A DNA stretch of 63,935 nucleotides, filler included, from Octopus bimaculoides (Eukaryota): the NCBI RefSeq assembly GCF_001194135.2. It is 9 parts of 7 records of this genome, joined end to end, with 100 filler letters (N's around TTAATTAATTAA, not from the genome) between each part and the next. Parts side by side here need not be neighbours in the genome. Positions count along the whole stretch, not along the records: positions 49,525 to 53,998 come from NC_068985.1; positions 54,099 to 56,518 come from NC_068985.1; positions 56,619 to 60,653 come from NC_068996.1; positions 60,754 to 62,567 come from NC_069008.1; positions 62,668 to 63,935 come from NW_026329231.1; 4 more parts are not named here. The stretch is one strand, 5' to 3'. The translations under genes and the position numbers were made by a program. The notes beneath the pieces were generated by a model. The model was not told where the DNA came from. It saw only the letters and a program-made list of their open reading frames with translations, and did no database searches. Numbering within the stretch: position 1 is the stretch's first letter; each line of letters starts with the position of its first letter. Below are positions 52,816-63,935 of the stretch, piece after piece.

Positions 52816-53520
52816 CTATAGAGGGTAAAAAAGAAACAATGACTTAGCAAACAACATATATATATATNNNNNNNNNNNNNNNNNNNNNNNNNNNNNNNNN
52901 NNNNNNNNNNNNNNNNNNNNNNNNNNNNNNNNNNNNNNNNNNNNNNNNNNNNNNNNNNNNNNNNNNNNNNNNNNNNNNNNNNNNNNNNNNNNNNNNNNNN
53001 NNNNNNNNNNNNNNNNNNNNNNNNNNNNNNNNNNNNNNNNNNNNNNNNNNNNNNNNNNNNNNNNNNNNNNNNGAAAGAAAGAGACCTCGATATTATGCAA
53101 ATAGAGGAATTTATCTGTAAAAATATGTGACACTTATTCAGTAGCCATGATAAAACTCCGAGTTTCGGATGCCAGGGTGGTAGCCCACGCCAACATCTCT
53201 TCAGTTATCCGGCTATTGAAAATTCTTGTGAAAAATGACCGTTAAAAACAAAGGGAAATTACTGTGTAGTGACAAGATCAAAACGCGTCTAAAACTGCGT
53301 ATACTATCGCATGCACGCATATATCTATATACGCACGCACATATCTCTATATACGCACGCATATATCTATATACGCACGCACCTACGCATAGTGGGAGTA
53401 GTGCTAATGATAACACCCCTACTCTTGCTGCTGCTACTACTTATATGTACGTATGAGATAGTAATAGAAATTTTATACCACCACGACGAGACACATTTTG
53501 TATATGAGTGTGTATGTGTC

Positions 53521-53565
<45 letters not shown>

Positions 53566-53811
53566 ACGTTCGTTATGTACGACATAGTAAAGGATATTTT
53601 ATACCACCACCTCCACCACGACACATTTTGTATATGAGCATGTATGTGTCTGTGAGTTTGTGTGTGTTTGTACGTTCATTACGTAAATGTACATCTGAGT
53701 ATCTGTTTTAGTATATGCATGTGAGTGTATATGGGAGTGTATGTGTGTGTCAGTGTATGTGTGTGTCAGTGTATGTGAGATTGTATGAGTGTATAAGTGT
53801 ATGTGAGATTG

Positions 53812-53998
53812 TCAATTACACTGATATAAACTGGCTATGTGAAAGAGTTATACTCGCTCCAACTAATGAAATGGCTGATAAACTCAATCATGAACTTCTT
53901 CAAAAGTTAACAAAATCATCAGAAATAACTTTTCCATCAATTCACACAACAATCGACCAAGATCAGACTGTTCAATACCCTTTTGAGTTTTTGAATAC
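53812..53998 (+). mobile_element. Helitron PIF1-helicase fragment
   Basis: WLCERVILAPTNEMADKLNHELLQKL...SIHTTIDQDQTVQYPFEFLN, the RAILAPxN...YPxEFLN region of RepHel. Confidence 0.85.
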
Positions 53999-54375
53999 NN
54001 NNNNNNNNNNNNNNNNNNNNNNNNNNNNNNNNNNNNNNNNNNTTAATTAATTAANNNNNNNNNNNNNNNNNNNNNNNNNNNNNNNNNNNNNNNNNNNNAT
54101 GTTGTAATTTGTTACAATATTTTACGAGACATCTTATGATGTGGTTTATTTTTCCGGGATACCCTATTGAAATGTGCATAGGTTTGGCTTATTGTGGTTG
54201 TTTCTGTTATTATAATTGTTGCTGCAATAAAGTATCTTCAATGCATTGATTTTGAGCTCTATCCTTTAAGAGACATGTATACATATATATATACAAAAAC
54301 TCAACTGTGAGTTTTTGGCTAAGACTGTTAACAGATACTATATATTTTGTAAAATTTGTTTTATAAAAGTATATA

Positions 54376-54415
<40 letters not shown>

Positions 54416-54468
54416 GTGCGCGCGCGTGTGTATATATATGTATATAAATGTAAATATATATGTGTACT

Positions 54469-54508
<40 letters not shown>

Positions 54509-55110
54509 CACACTCACATATATATACATGCATACATATATATATATATGTATGTATTCATGTATATGTAAATATATACCAATAATATATGCATATATAT
54601 TATATATTATATATTATATATTTATATGTTTGCGTGTGTGTGTGTGCATGTGTGTGTATGTATATGTGTGTGTGTGTGTGTGTGTTTGTGTGTGTTCGTG
54701 TGTGTGTGTGTGTGTGTGAGTGTGTGAGTCCGAATTTGTAGACGCTGCCAGCTTCCATATACACCACCTTCTCGATCGAGAATAAAGACACTTAAACATA
54801 AACATTTGATATTGAGAGGCCTTCAAGTGTTGAAACGTCCCCGTAAACAAATTTGAAACATAAAAGCGTCTTTACAATAGCACTCAAATTACAGTTGGGT
54901 AGACTCCTGATTACAATACCAGAGCAACAAATATAGAGGGATACTCAAAGAAGATCAGCTGCTACAAACGCAGTTAATAAGCAAATTGCGTTTATAAAAA
55001 GGGAACAAAGCCGACAAGGAAGAAACCAAAGAAAACACAAGTAGGTGGTCCCCGAGCAAGACCGCAGTCCAGAAGTGCAAAACCATAAAAGAAAACAGGC
55101 CGGGAAGAAT

Positions 55111-55142
<32 letters not shown>

Positions 55143-55569
55143 GTGTGTGCGTGTGGTGTGTGTGTTATCTGTGGATGTCACCCAAACTTTAATTAAATAT
55201 CCTGTATTTTTCAGCCCCGACACGTTAGTTGCGAATTTGACGCTGACGATGAAAAGTTATACCGTTTTCCTCGCCTTAGCCGCCGCCAAACACAATGATT
55301 CTAAGATTTCAACCTTCCGATATATTGGAAATCTGCAATGGCTCCAAAACTACCGTCTCGGCTACAACCATGGAGCCCTAGTAATCCGCTACAGCACTTA
55401 CCTAGCGTACCTAATCGTTTAGATCACCTGTGAACTAAGCCCCTATACTTTGTGTGTGTGTGTGTGTGTGNNNNNNNNNNATATATAATGATCAAATGCT
55501 TCTGCTATATATTAGCTCATTCCCTCCATCAACTGGAATATGCCTGTACAAGTGCATGCAGTTAAAGTC

Positions 55570-55691
55570 ATCAGAGCCACACGAGATGAAATATTTGACG
55601 TAAAAACACAACGCACCACTCGATCCGGGAATCGAAATTATGATCATCCGATCCTGAGTGCAATACAGTAAATACTAGGCCACACACCCTC

Positions 55692-55692
<1 letters not shown>
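55570..55692 (-). mobile_element. tRNA-derived SINE head
   Basis: GTGTGGCCTAGT...TTCGATTCCCGG...GCGTTGTGTT. Confidence 0.55.
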
Positions 55693-55722
<30 letters not shown>

Positions 55723-56256
55723 TGTATGTATGTATGTATGTATGTATGTATGTACATATGTATGTATGTATGTACGTATTATTGCATATATGTATGTATG
55801 TATGAACGTGTGTATGCATGTATTTGTAATTGTATGTATGTATATATGTATATAGTTCGCCGTATTGATGCAAAATTGGAAAATCTGTCTGTATTTTGAG
55901 ACTAATATGCTATTCGTGTGGGAGACACTGACACTTGATGACAGCATTAATATAGAAGATAGCACAATTGCTTAGATTAATATTTACTAGAAAAATTTAT
56001 TATATGAATTTTGCAATTACTCTCCATTGCCGAGACCCCAACAACGTAACTATCATTTGGCTTCCTAAGTTATACGGTTTCCACATCTTCGTTAGTAATT
56101 GGAAAATCTAATTAACCATTATTTATGGATGTTTTGCGCGCTATTCTCTGAAGTGTGTATTTTCCCCCATATCAGTGCTGCTTCTGTTAAATATTGTTGG
56201 GTTGGAAAATTTGTGTCTGCAAAAAACAAAAATCCGATTTGTCGAAAGATGCTCAC

Positions 56257-56382
56257 CGACTTTTATCCAGTATAATTCCACCGCCTGATCCTTGAGTGAA
56301 TTTTGCAGAACCATTTCTCTCGCAACCATTCGGGTCAACTCGCCGATCTAAGCATAACTGCATTCCTCCAGTCACAGAATCT
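56257..56382 (-). CDS. Internal symmetric (phase 2-2) 126-nt exon, protein unidentified
   Basis: Acceptor GTTGCTTTGCTTTTTCAG|, donor CG|GTGAGC, open frame DSVTGGMQLCLDRRVDPNGCERNGSAKFTQGSGGGIILDKS. Confidence 0.6.
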
Positions 56383-56441
56383 CTGAAAAAGCAAAGCAAC
56401 AACATAAGCGCTACTCATATTCTTCTTCTTCTTCTTCTTCT

Positions 56442-56476
<35 letters not shown>

Positions 56477-56618
56477 TTCTCCTTCTCCTCCTCCTCCCCC
56501 TCCCCTTCTCCTTCTTCTNNNNNNNNNNNNNNNNNNNNNNNNNNNNNNNNNNNNNNNNNNNNTTAATTAATTAANNNNNNNNNNNNNNNNNNNNNNNNNN
56601 NNNNNNNNNNNNNNNNNN

Positions 56619-56671
<53 letters not shown>

Positions 56672-56732
56672 TATGCATTTGTCTGTCTATATGTATATGT
56701 ATGTATGTATATAGTTATATCTATTATTGCTA

Positions 56733-56762
<30 letters not shown>

Positions 56763-56763
<1 letters not shown>

Positions 56764-56821
56764 TTATGTTTGACTTTTGCTTTGCATTTGTACAAGTTGG
56801 ATCCAAGTCTCACTCAGAGAC
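56763..56821 (-). mobile_element. 59-bp 5'-truncated copy of the R4/Dong 3' end in (ATT)n
   Basis: Nearly identical to 48443-48501, with (ATT)n on both sides. Confidence 0.8.
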
Positions 56822-56851
56822 ATTATTATTATTATTATTATTATTATTATG

Positions 56852-56954
<103 letters not shown>

Positions 56955-57165
56955 AGGTGGCGAGCTGGCCGAATCGTTAGCACATTGGACGAAATGCTTA
57001 GTGGTATTCCACCTGTCGCTGCATTCTGAGTTCAAATTCCACCGAGGTCGAATTTGCCTTTCATCCTTTCGGGGTCAATAAATTAAGTACCAATGAAGCC
57101 CTGGAGTTGATGTAATCGACGAGGCCCCCTCCCCCAAATTTCTAGCCTTGTGCCTATAGTAGAAA
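56955..57165 (+). mobile_element. SINE family B
   Basis: Near-consensus copy directly after an (ATT)/(AGT) tract. Confidence 0.88.
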
Positions 57166-57169
57166 GATG

Positions 57170-57385
57170 TTGAACAAAACAACCATACTTGCAGAGGTGA
57201 ATTGTTCAAGCCCCAAAGAATTCCTCTCAACACATGGCTATGATGATCCCCCTGCATATATCGTCAGCCACCAAGGGACATGCTCAACTGGTTAAGGTCA
57301 AACAACCGATAAGTAAATATGTGGTATTGAGCAGAATATTTGTTGTGGCCCCTCTTTTATACCAAGACAAAACATATCCACTGCC
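57170..57385 (+). mobile_element. Interspersed repeat (SINE-like body)
   Basis: CCCAAAGAATTCCTCTCAACACATGGCTATGATG...GGGACATGCTCAACTGGTTAAGG; recognised by pattern, with no clear second copy in the window. Confidence 0.45.
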
Positions 57386-57456
57386 TAGTACTGCATCGGG
57401 GCATTTAATATTATTTTTGTTGTTGTTGTTGTTGTTGTTATTTTTATTATTGTTGC

Positions 57457-57488
<32 letters not shown>

Positions 57489-57621
57489 TTGCTATATCTT
57501 CACTTGCTTAACTGAACAAGTGCTATAGTACTTGTTGAACGTCATACAATACAATATATATAAACACATATGTATATGCATATATATATGCATATATCTA
57601 TCTATATATATATATATATAT

Positions 57622-57656
<35 letters not shown>

Positions 57657-57693
57657 TNNNNNNNNNNATACATACACACACACACACACACAT

Positions 57694-57740
<47 letters not shown>

Positions 57741-58469
57741 CACACAAACACACATACACACATACCTATATATATATATATGTATATAAATGCATGCATA
57801 ATACATACATACGTACGTATGTATGTATGCATGTATAATAAATATACCTTTAAATAATCAATCACGAAAATATTAAATTCAAACTGAAAAGTAAACACAA
57901 TACTATTGCAATTAACTAATGTGTAAAATATTAAGCGTTGAATACATACTTCAAACATCAGAAGAAGAAGAAAAAAAGGTATGAATATTTAAAAAAAAAA
58001 TTACTTATATACCAGGCCATCATGAAAGCTTATAATTAGAGCAAACAAAAGAAGTAAATAAATACATAAGTGTTTTACTTATTGAAGGATTGATTATCTT
58101 CATAAATTAATTTGATGTTTAAAATATTAAGTTAAGCCTTAATTACATTTTCCAGTTTGCATGACAAAAGACTTTATGCTACTTATGCATCCCAACAAAT
58201 CATATTCGTTTCTCTCTCTCTCTCTCTATGTATGTGTGTGCGCCTGCTCGTGTGTGCGTGCACGTGTATGTAAGCGTCTGAGAAAGAGAGAGAGAGAGAG
58301 AGATAAAGAAGAGGGGAGAGAAGGAGAGAATAGAGCGACAAAGAGTGAAAGTATGTGTGTATAAAAGAGATTACATTATAATTACTATTTTCAAAGCCTT
58401 TGTCTTTGTTTCCTGATATATTATATGGCTCAAAAGCCTTTGAAAGATCATTTGACAAGATTTAGTCTT

Positions 58470-58872
58470 TGTGTGCATGCTTGTGTGTGTGTGCGTGCGT
58501 GTGTGTGTGTGTGTGTGTGCGTGCGTGCGTGTGCGTGTGTGTGTGTGCGTGTGTGTGTGTGTGTGTGNNNNNNNNNNNNNNNNNNNNNNNNNNNNNNNNN
58601 NNNNNNNNNNNNNNNNNNNNNNNNNNNNNNNNNNNNNNNNNNNNNNNNNNNNNNNNNNNNNNNNNNNNNNNNNNNNNNNNNNNNNNNNNNNNNNNNNNNN
58701 NNNNNNNNNNNNNNNNNNNNNNNNNNNNNNNNNNNNNNNNNNNNNNNNNNNNNNNNNNNNNNNNNNNNNNNNNNNNNNNNNNNNNNNNNNNNNNNNNNNN
58801 NNNNNNNNNNNNNNNNNNNNNNNNNNNNNNNNNNNNNNNNNNNNNNNNNNNNNNNNNNNNNNNNNNNNNNNN

Positions 58873-58952
<80 letters not shown>

Positions 58953-58981
58953 CCTACCTATCTATCTATCTATCTACCTAC

Positions 58982-59061
<80 letters not shown>

Positions 59062-59062
59062 T
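58470..59062. repeat. (GT)n and (CTAT)n microsatellites around a gap
   Basis: Read directly. Confidence 0.95.
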
Positions 59063-59309
59063 AGCTGTCTGACTGTCTATCTATTTTATTTATCTAATAA
59101 TAACTGTTTTTGATGTTGGCACAAAGCTTTAAATTCGTAGGAATAGGTTAGCGGATTAAAAAGGTTCTGATGCCTTATTTTATTGACCCCAGAACTTCGA
59201 ATGGTAATGTTAACTTTGTCGGGATTTGAATTCTGAAAGAATAGAACTGGAAGAAGATACAGCAGAGCATTTGTTACGATACTTTAACGATTCTGTAATC
59301 CACTTCTGT

Positions 59310-59390
<81 letters not shown>

Positions 59391-59469
59391 CTACAACTGC
59401 AGCAGCAGGAGCAGTAACGATAGCATTATAACTACTGCTACTGCTACCACTGCGAGAACAAATGATCAT

Positions 59470-59875
59470 AAAAATAATCCTTTCTACTACAGGCACAAGG
59501 CCTAAAATTTTGGAGGAGGAGGTGGGGGGAGGGGCTAATCGATACATCGATCCCCAGTATTCCGCTAGTACTTATTTTATCGACATCAAAATAATAAAAG
59601 TCAAAGTTGACCCCGACGGAATTTGAAATGAGAACGTAATGTCGGATGAAAATGCCGCTGAGCATTTTGTCCGGCGAGCTAACGATTCTGCCAGTTTGCT
59701 GCTTGATCAATAATAATAATATTAATCCTTTCTAATAAAGACACAAGGCACGAAATTTTGGCAGAGGAGGCTAGTCGATTACATCGACTCCAGTGTTTCA
59801 CTGGTACTTATTTTATCGACCCCGAAAGGATGAAAGGCAAAGTTGACCTTGGTGGAATTTGAACTCAGAACGTCG
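59470..59875 (-). mobile_element. Two tandem SINE family B copies
   Basis: Reverse-complement matches to the family B body. Confidence 0.8.
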
Positions 59876-59879
59876 CTGA

Positions 59880-60500
59880 AAAGAAGTACCTCATAAGACA
59901 TGACAAACTAGGGCAGTACATCCAATGGAATGCTTGTAAATACGACAAAATTTAATCTCATGATAAGTGGCACCATTCAGAGGATGTATTAAGTGGTGAG
60001 GGCGTCATCATCCTTTGGAACTTCCCAATACAAACAGAAAGAAAAATTGACTTCAATCGATCAGACATTGTGATCGAGGACAACAACAGAGAAACTTGTC
60101 TGTTAATAGATATGTCTGTCCCACAAGATCCAGATGTCTCAAGAAAGGAATATGAAAAGCTTTCTCACTATAAAGACATGAAAATTGAAATCACAAAAAT
60201 GTGGAAACTTAGTACTATGACAATACGAGTAGTCATTGGTGCGTTTTGAATGATAAAGAAGGGAGCTGAGAAGTATAGTAAACAACTCCCTGGTAACTCT
60301 AATCTCCATGAACTACAAAAGATAACCTTGATGGGCACAGCCCATATAATACGGAAAGCACTCTCCATCTAAAATGGAATTAATGTGGTGATTATTTTAG
60401 CATGCATAGCAAAACAAAAATGCTCTTGCTACTCTTGGCTTGCGGAGGATGCCTGGTACTAAGGCAGCTGAAATAAAGTTATAATGACACCAAACCATAA
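59880..60500 (+). mobile_element. R4/Dong-clade LINE restriction-like endonuclease domain plus 3' UTR, degraded
   Basis: YLIRHDKLGQYIQW...ILWNFPIQTERKIDFNRSDIV...LIDMSVP...KEYEKLSHYKDMKIEITKMW...VVIGAF*...LQKITLMGTAHIIRKALSI*. Followed by (TAA)n at 60500-60653. Confidence 0.85.
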
Positions 60501-60560
60501 ATGATAATAATCATAATGATAATAATAATAATAATCATAATAATAATAATAATAATAATG

Positions 60561-60653
<93 letters not shown>

Positions 60654-60832
60654 NNNNNNNNNNNNNNNNNNNNNNNNNNNNNNNNNNNNNNNNNNNNTTA
60701 ATTAATTAANNNNNNNNNNNNNNNNNNNNNNNNNNNNNNNNNNNNNNNNNNNNTTTATCTTTCCTTCTTCTGATCCAGGGCAGTATAATCCTTTCTTAAA
60801 TCCATTTCCATTCCACCTCTTTTTATTTCCAG

Positions 60833-61201
60833 GAATGAAACACATCCGATACGGCCTGGTGGGCTTCGGTGGAAAGAACATGCCGGAACAATATGCAAGA
60901 ACAATGGGACCCGTGCTGCTGTTCTCTGCTGGGAGCTTCTCAAACATCCTGCCAGAAATCAAATACGATGGCTTCGCCGGTTCCGATCCCATGGCAGCTG
61001 TCCGATTTGCAACCAAGTACCCATTCAGGTCTGGTCTACGTAGAACAATTGTACTCGTCTCTTGCACAGCGAGTGTCGAGAAAACTGCTAATTATTATGA
61101 GGCATTTGAAGAACTTAAGAAGCTGGACATAGCATTACATCTACTCCAAGACTACACCTTCAGAAACACTCAAAACAGGAACAGCAAGACTATTTTGTAT
61201 G
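60833..61201 (+). CDS. Internal exon (369 nt, phase 1-1) from the C-terminal region of an apolipophorin / large lipid transfer protein-like gene
   Basis: Acceptor CTCTTTTTATTTCCAG|GA, donor TATG|GTGAGT. Peptide MKHIRYGLVGFGG...DPMAAVRFATKYPFRSGLRRTIVLVSC resembles from memory the RYGLVGFGG...YPFR region after the vWD domain of invertebrate apolipophorins; not database-checked. Confidence 0.7.
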
Positions 61202-61539
61202 GTGAGTTTGAAATAATTCTTCTCTCCCGCAGTCTTCCACTCCATTATTTGTTAATTCAATCATTGTGACTGCTGATGCAATTATTGTTGTTTAGAAAGA
61301 ATATGGAGGTGGTGGGTAGATACAGGTAGTGTTTTACTTTGTATTCAGATTTAACCTTTTAGCATTTAAACTGGTCATAACCGGCCAAAAGATTCTACCT
61401 GTTTTATGTTGAAATCAGCTAGATTCTGAACTCTTACACCTACGCTTTAATGTTCTCCTATAAAGAAGCAATCACATAATCAGAATCTCAGAGCAACAAG
61501 ATAAATGCATGATTAATTCAAAACAATGTGAATAAATTC

Positions 61540-62010
61540 ACATAGGCGCAGGAGTGGCTGTGTGGTAAGTAGCTTGCTTACCGACCACATGGTTCCGGCT
61601 TCAGTCCCACTGCGTGGCACCTTGGGCAAGTGTCTTCTACTATAGCCCCGGGCCGACCAAAGCCTTGTGAGTGGATTTGGTAGACGGAAACTGAAAGAAG
61701 CCCGTCGTATATATGTATATTCCAACCCATGCTAGCATGGAAAGCGGACGTTAAACGATGATGATGATGATGATGATGATATGTGTGTGTGTGTATTTGT
61801 GTGTCTGTGTTTGTCCCCCGACCATCGCTTAACAACCGATGCTGGTGTGTTTACGTCCCCGTAACTTAGCGGTTCGGCATAAAGAGACCGATAGAATAAG
61901 TACTAGGCTTACAAAGAATAAGTCCTGGGGTCGATTTGCTCGACTAAAAGGCGGTGCTCCAGCATGGCCGCAGTCAAATGACTGAAACAAGTAAAAGAGT
62001 AAAGAGTAAA
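61540..62010 (+). mobile_element. SINE family A full copy with a nested ~60-bp RTE 3' end (61720-61780)
   Basis: TCCAACCCATGCTAGCATGGAAAGCGGACGTTAAACGATGATGATG sits in the microsatellite spacer of the SINE. Confidence 0.9.
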
Positions 62011-62029
62011 TAGGCATTACTTTTGACAG

Positions 62030-62250
62030 AATAATCCTTTCTGTTATAGGCACAAGGCCTGAAATTTGTGGGGAGGAGACTAGCCGATTACATCGACCCC
62101 AGTGTTTCACTGGTACTTAATTTATTAACCTCAAAAAGGATGAATGGCAAAGTCGACCTTGGCGGAAGTTGAACTCAGAATGTTGCAATGGGAGAAATAC
62201 CTCTTAGCATTACATCCGCTGTGCTAACAACTCTACCACCTCCCCCGCCT
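62030..62250 (-). mobile_element. SINE family B
   Basis: Reverse-complement match. Confidence 0.85.
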
Positions 62251-62272
62251 TACTTTTGACAAAATAATGTGA

Positions 62273-62566
62273 ACTGTTGGCACTCAGTCGCTTACGACGT
62301 CGAAGGTTCCAGTTGATCTGATCAATGGAACAGCCTGCTCGTGAAATTAACGTGCAAGTGGCTGAGCACTCCACAGACACGTGTACCCTTAACGTAGTTC
62401 TCGGGGATATTCAGCGTGACACAGTGTGACAAGGCTGACCCTTTGAATTACAGGCACAACAGAAACAGGAGGAAAAAGTGAGAGAAAGTTGTGGAGAAAG
62501 AGTACAGCAGGGTTCGCCACCATCCCCTGCCTGAGCCTCGTGGAGCTTTAGGTGATTTCGCTCAAT
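62273..62566 (+). mobile_element. Interspersed repeat family D
   Basis: Other copies at 13090-13260 and 31790-31990 (minus strand). Confidence 0.8.
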
Positions 62567-63014
62567 ANNNNNNNNNNNNNNNNNNNNNNNNNNNNNNNNN
62601 NNNNNNNNNNNTTAATTAATTAANNNNNNNNNNNNNNNNNNNNNNNNNNNNNNNNNNNNNNNNNNNNATATATATCTTAAATTTCATTCATAGAGTAACA
62701 TCACTTTATTGACTATTGTTGTTGTTGTTGGAGTTACTGTTGTAGTACTCTGTGGTGGTGGCAGCATTGTAGCTTGTGTTGTAGCTGTGTGGTTCTACAT
62801 AAGCAGAGAAGAAAAAGATATCTTGAATTGAATTCATTCATAGAAAACTTTTTTTTTTTTTTTTTTGTGACTAAATAACATTTATAGAAATATTACATCT
62901 TGTTGTTGTTGGTGCAGTTGGTGTTGCAGTAGTTAGTGGTGGCAGTGGTGTGTTAGCTACTGTTGTAGTTTTACATTAAATAGACAAAAAACAAGAAAGA
63001 ATCTTTTAAGTTCA

Positions 63015-63410
63015 TTTGGATGGGGCTGTGTGGTAAGAAGTTTGCTTCCCAACCACATCGTTCTGGGTTCAGTCCCACTGTGTAACACCCTAGGCAAGTG
63101 TCTTCTACTATAGCCTTGGAATGACCAAAGCATTTGGTGTAGATTTGGTAGACGGAAACTAAAAGAAGCCTGTCATATGTATGTATATATATATATGTAT
63201 GTGTTTGTGTGTCTGTGTTTGTCCCCCCCAACATCGCTTGACAACCGATGCTGGTGTGCTTACGTCCCCGTAACTTAGCAGTTCGGCAAAAGAGACCGAT
63301 AGAATAAGTACTAGGCTTACAAAGAATAAGTCCTGGGGTCGATTTGCTCGACTAAAGGCGGTGCTCCAGCATGGCCGCAGTCAAATGACCGAAACAAATA
63401 GAAGAATATA
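63015..63410 (+). mobile_element. SINE family A full copy
   Basis: Head, spacer and tail motifs. Confidence 0.9.
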
Positions 63411-63784
63411 TATACACACACACACACATATACATACACATGAGAGAATGCTGAAAAGTTCTTTGCTTTTGGTAAAAGAAAATACAGGGGGATCAATTAA
63501 TTATGATTTTATTCAACATATTCCCTTCTCAGATTCACACACTTATTGCAGCGGTCCTTCAGTTTTTGTAAGTCCTGTAAAAGAACTCTCGGACTACATT
63601 TACTAATGTACAGTATAGTAGCTAGTAATAGTGGCTACACTTGTTGTTGTTGTTGTTGTTTAACCCTAGGTCAGTCCTGATCCAGGCAGACACATGATCA
63701 AAGATGCTCCACCTGTGACCATCCCACCTTTTATTCAGGCATAGTCCATCTAGGACTACATTATCTAATGTTCATTATTGTCTT

Positions 63785-63935
63785 TTACTCTCTTTTACTT
63801 GTTTCAGTCATTTGACTGCGGCCATGCTGGAGCACCGCCTTTACTTGAACAATTCAACCCCAGGACTTATTGTTTGTGAGCCTAGAACTCTTTGCGGAAC
63901 CACTAAGTTATGGGGATGTAAACACACCAACATCG
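63785..63935 (-). mobile_element. SINE family A tail, cut by the window end
   Basis: CTTTTACTTGTTTCAGTCATTTGACTGCGGCCATGCTGGAGCACCGCC. Confidence 0.9.

Noticed and set aside
34700-53998. The two Helitron helicase fragments as parts of one element or of a host PIF1 gene
   Set aside because: They are on opposite strands, 19 kb apart, separated by artificial joins, and intronless with TE-like context.
55405-55427. In-frame TGA followed by an open Cys-containing frame (selenocysteine idea)
   Set aside because: The exon junction is hypothetical and no SECIS element was identified.

Overview
AT-rich, repeat-dense animal genomic DNA with many N gaps. The SINE/LINE repertoire and microsatellite load point to an octopus (coleoid cephalopod), which is an inference. 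Eight 100-bp gaps contain an artificial TTAATTAATTAA six-frame-stop spacer, so the window is nine joined pieces whose true adjacency is unproven. Most ORF-track entries are microsatellite or N artefacts. Supported host coding sequence is four unlinked exons: a 1.5-kb first coding exon of an unrecognised protein (+, 45657-47187), a terminal exon of a membrane protein (-, 52133-52815), a 126-nt internal exon (-, 56257-56382) and an exon from the C-terminal region of an apolipophorin/large lipid transfer protein (+, 60833-61201). The rest is transposon debris: several tRNA-derived SINE families; CR1/L2-like, RTE, RTE-BovB, Tx1/L1 and R4/Dong LINE fragments; two solo LTRs; a maT/Tc1-mariner remnant; hAT MITEs; and two Helitron helicase fragments. 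The most notable observations are a 605-bp palindromic element with inverted telomeric repeats at its centre and an intronic inverted copy of coding sequence that could act as an ADAR editing-complementary sequence. Also of note are R4/Dong insertions in (TAA)n tracts, a LINE-SINE shared 3' tail and a twin-priming inversion in an RTE element. I found no convincing wholly new multi-gene system.
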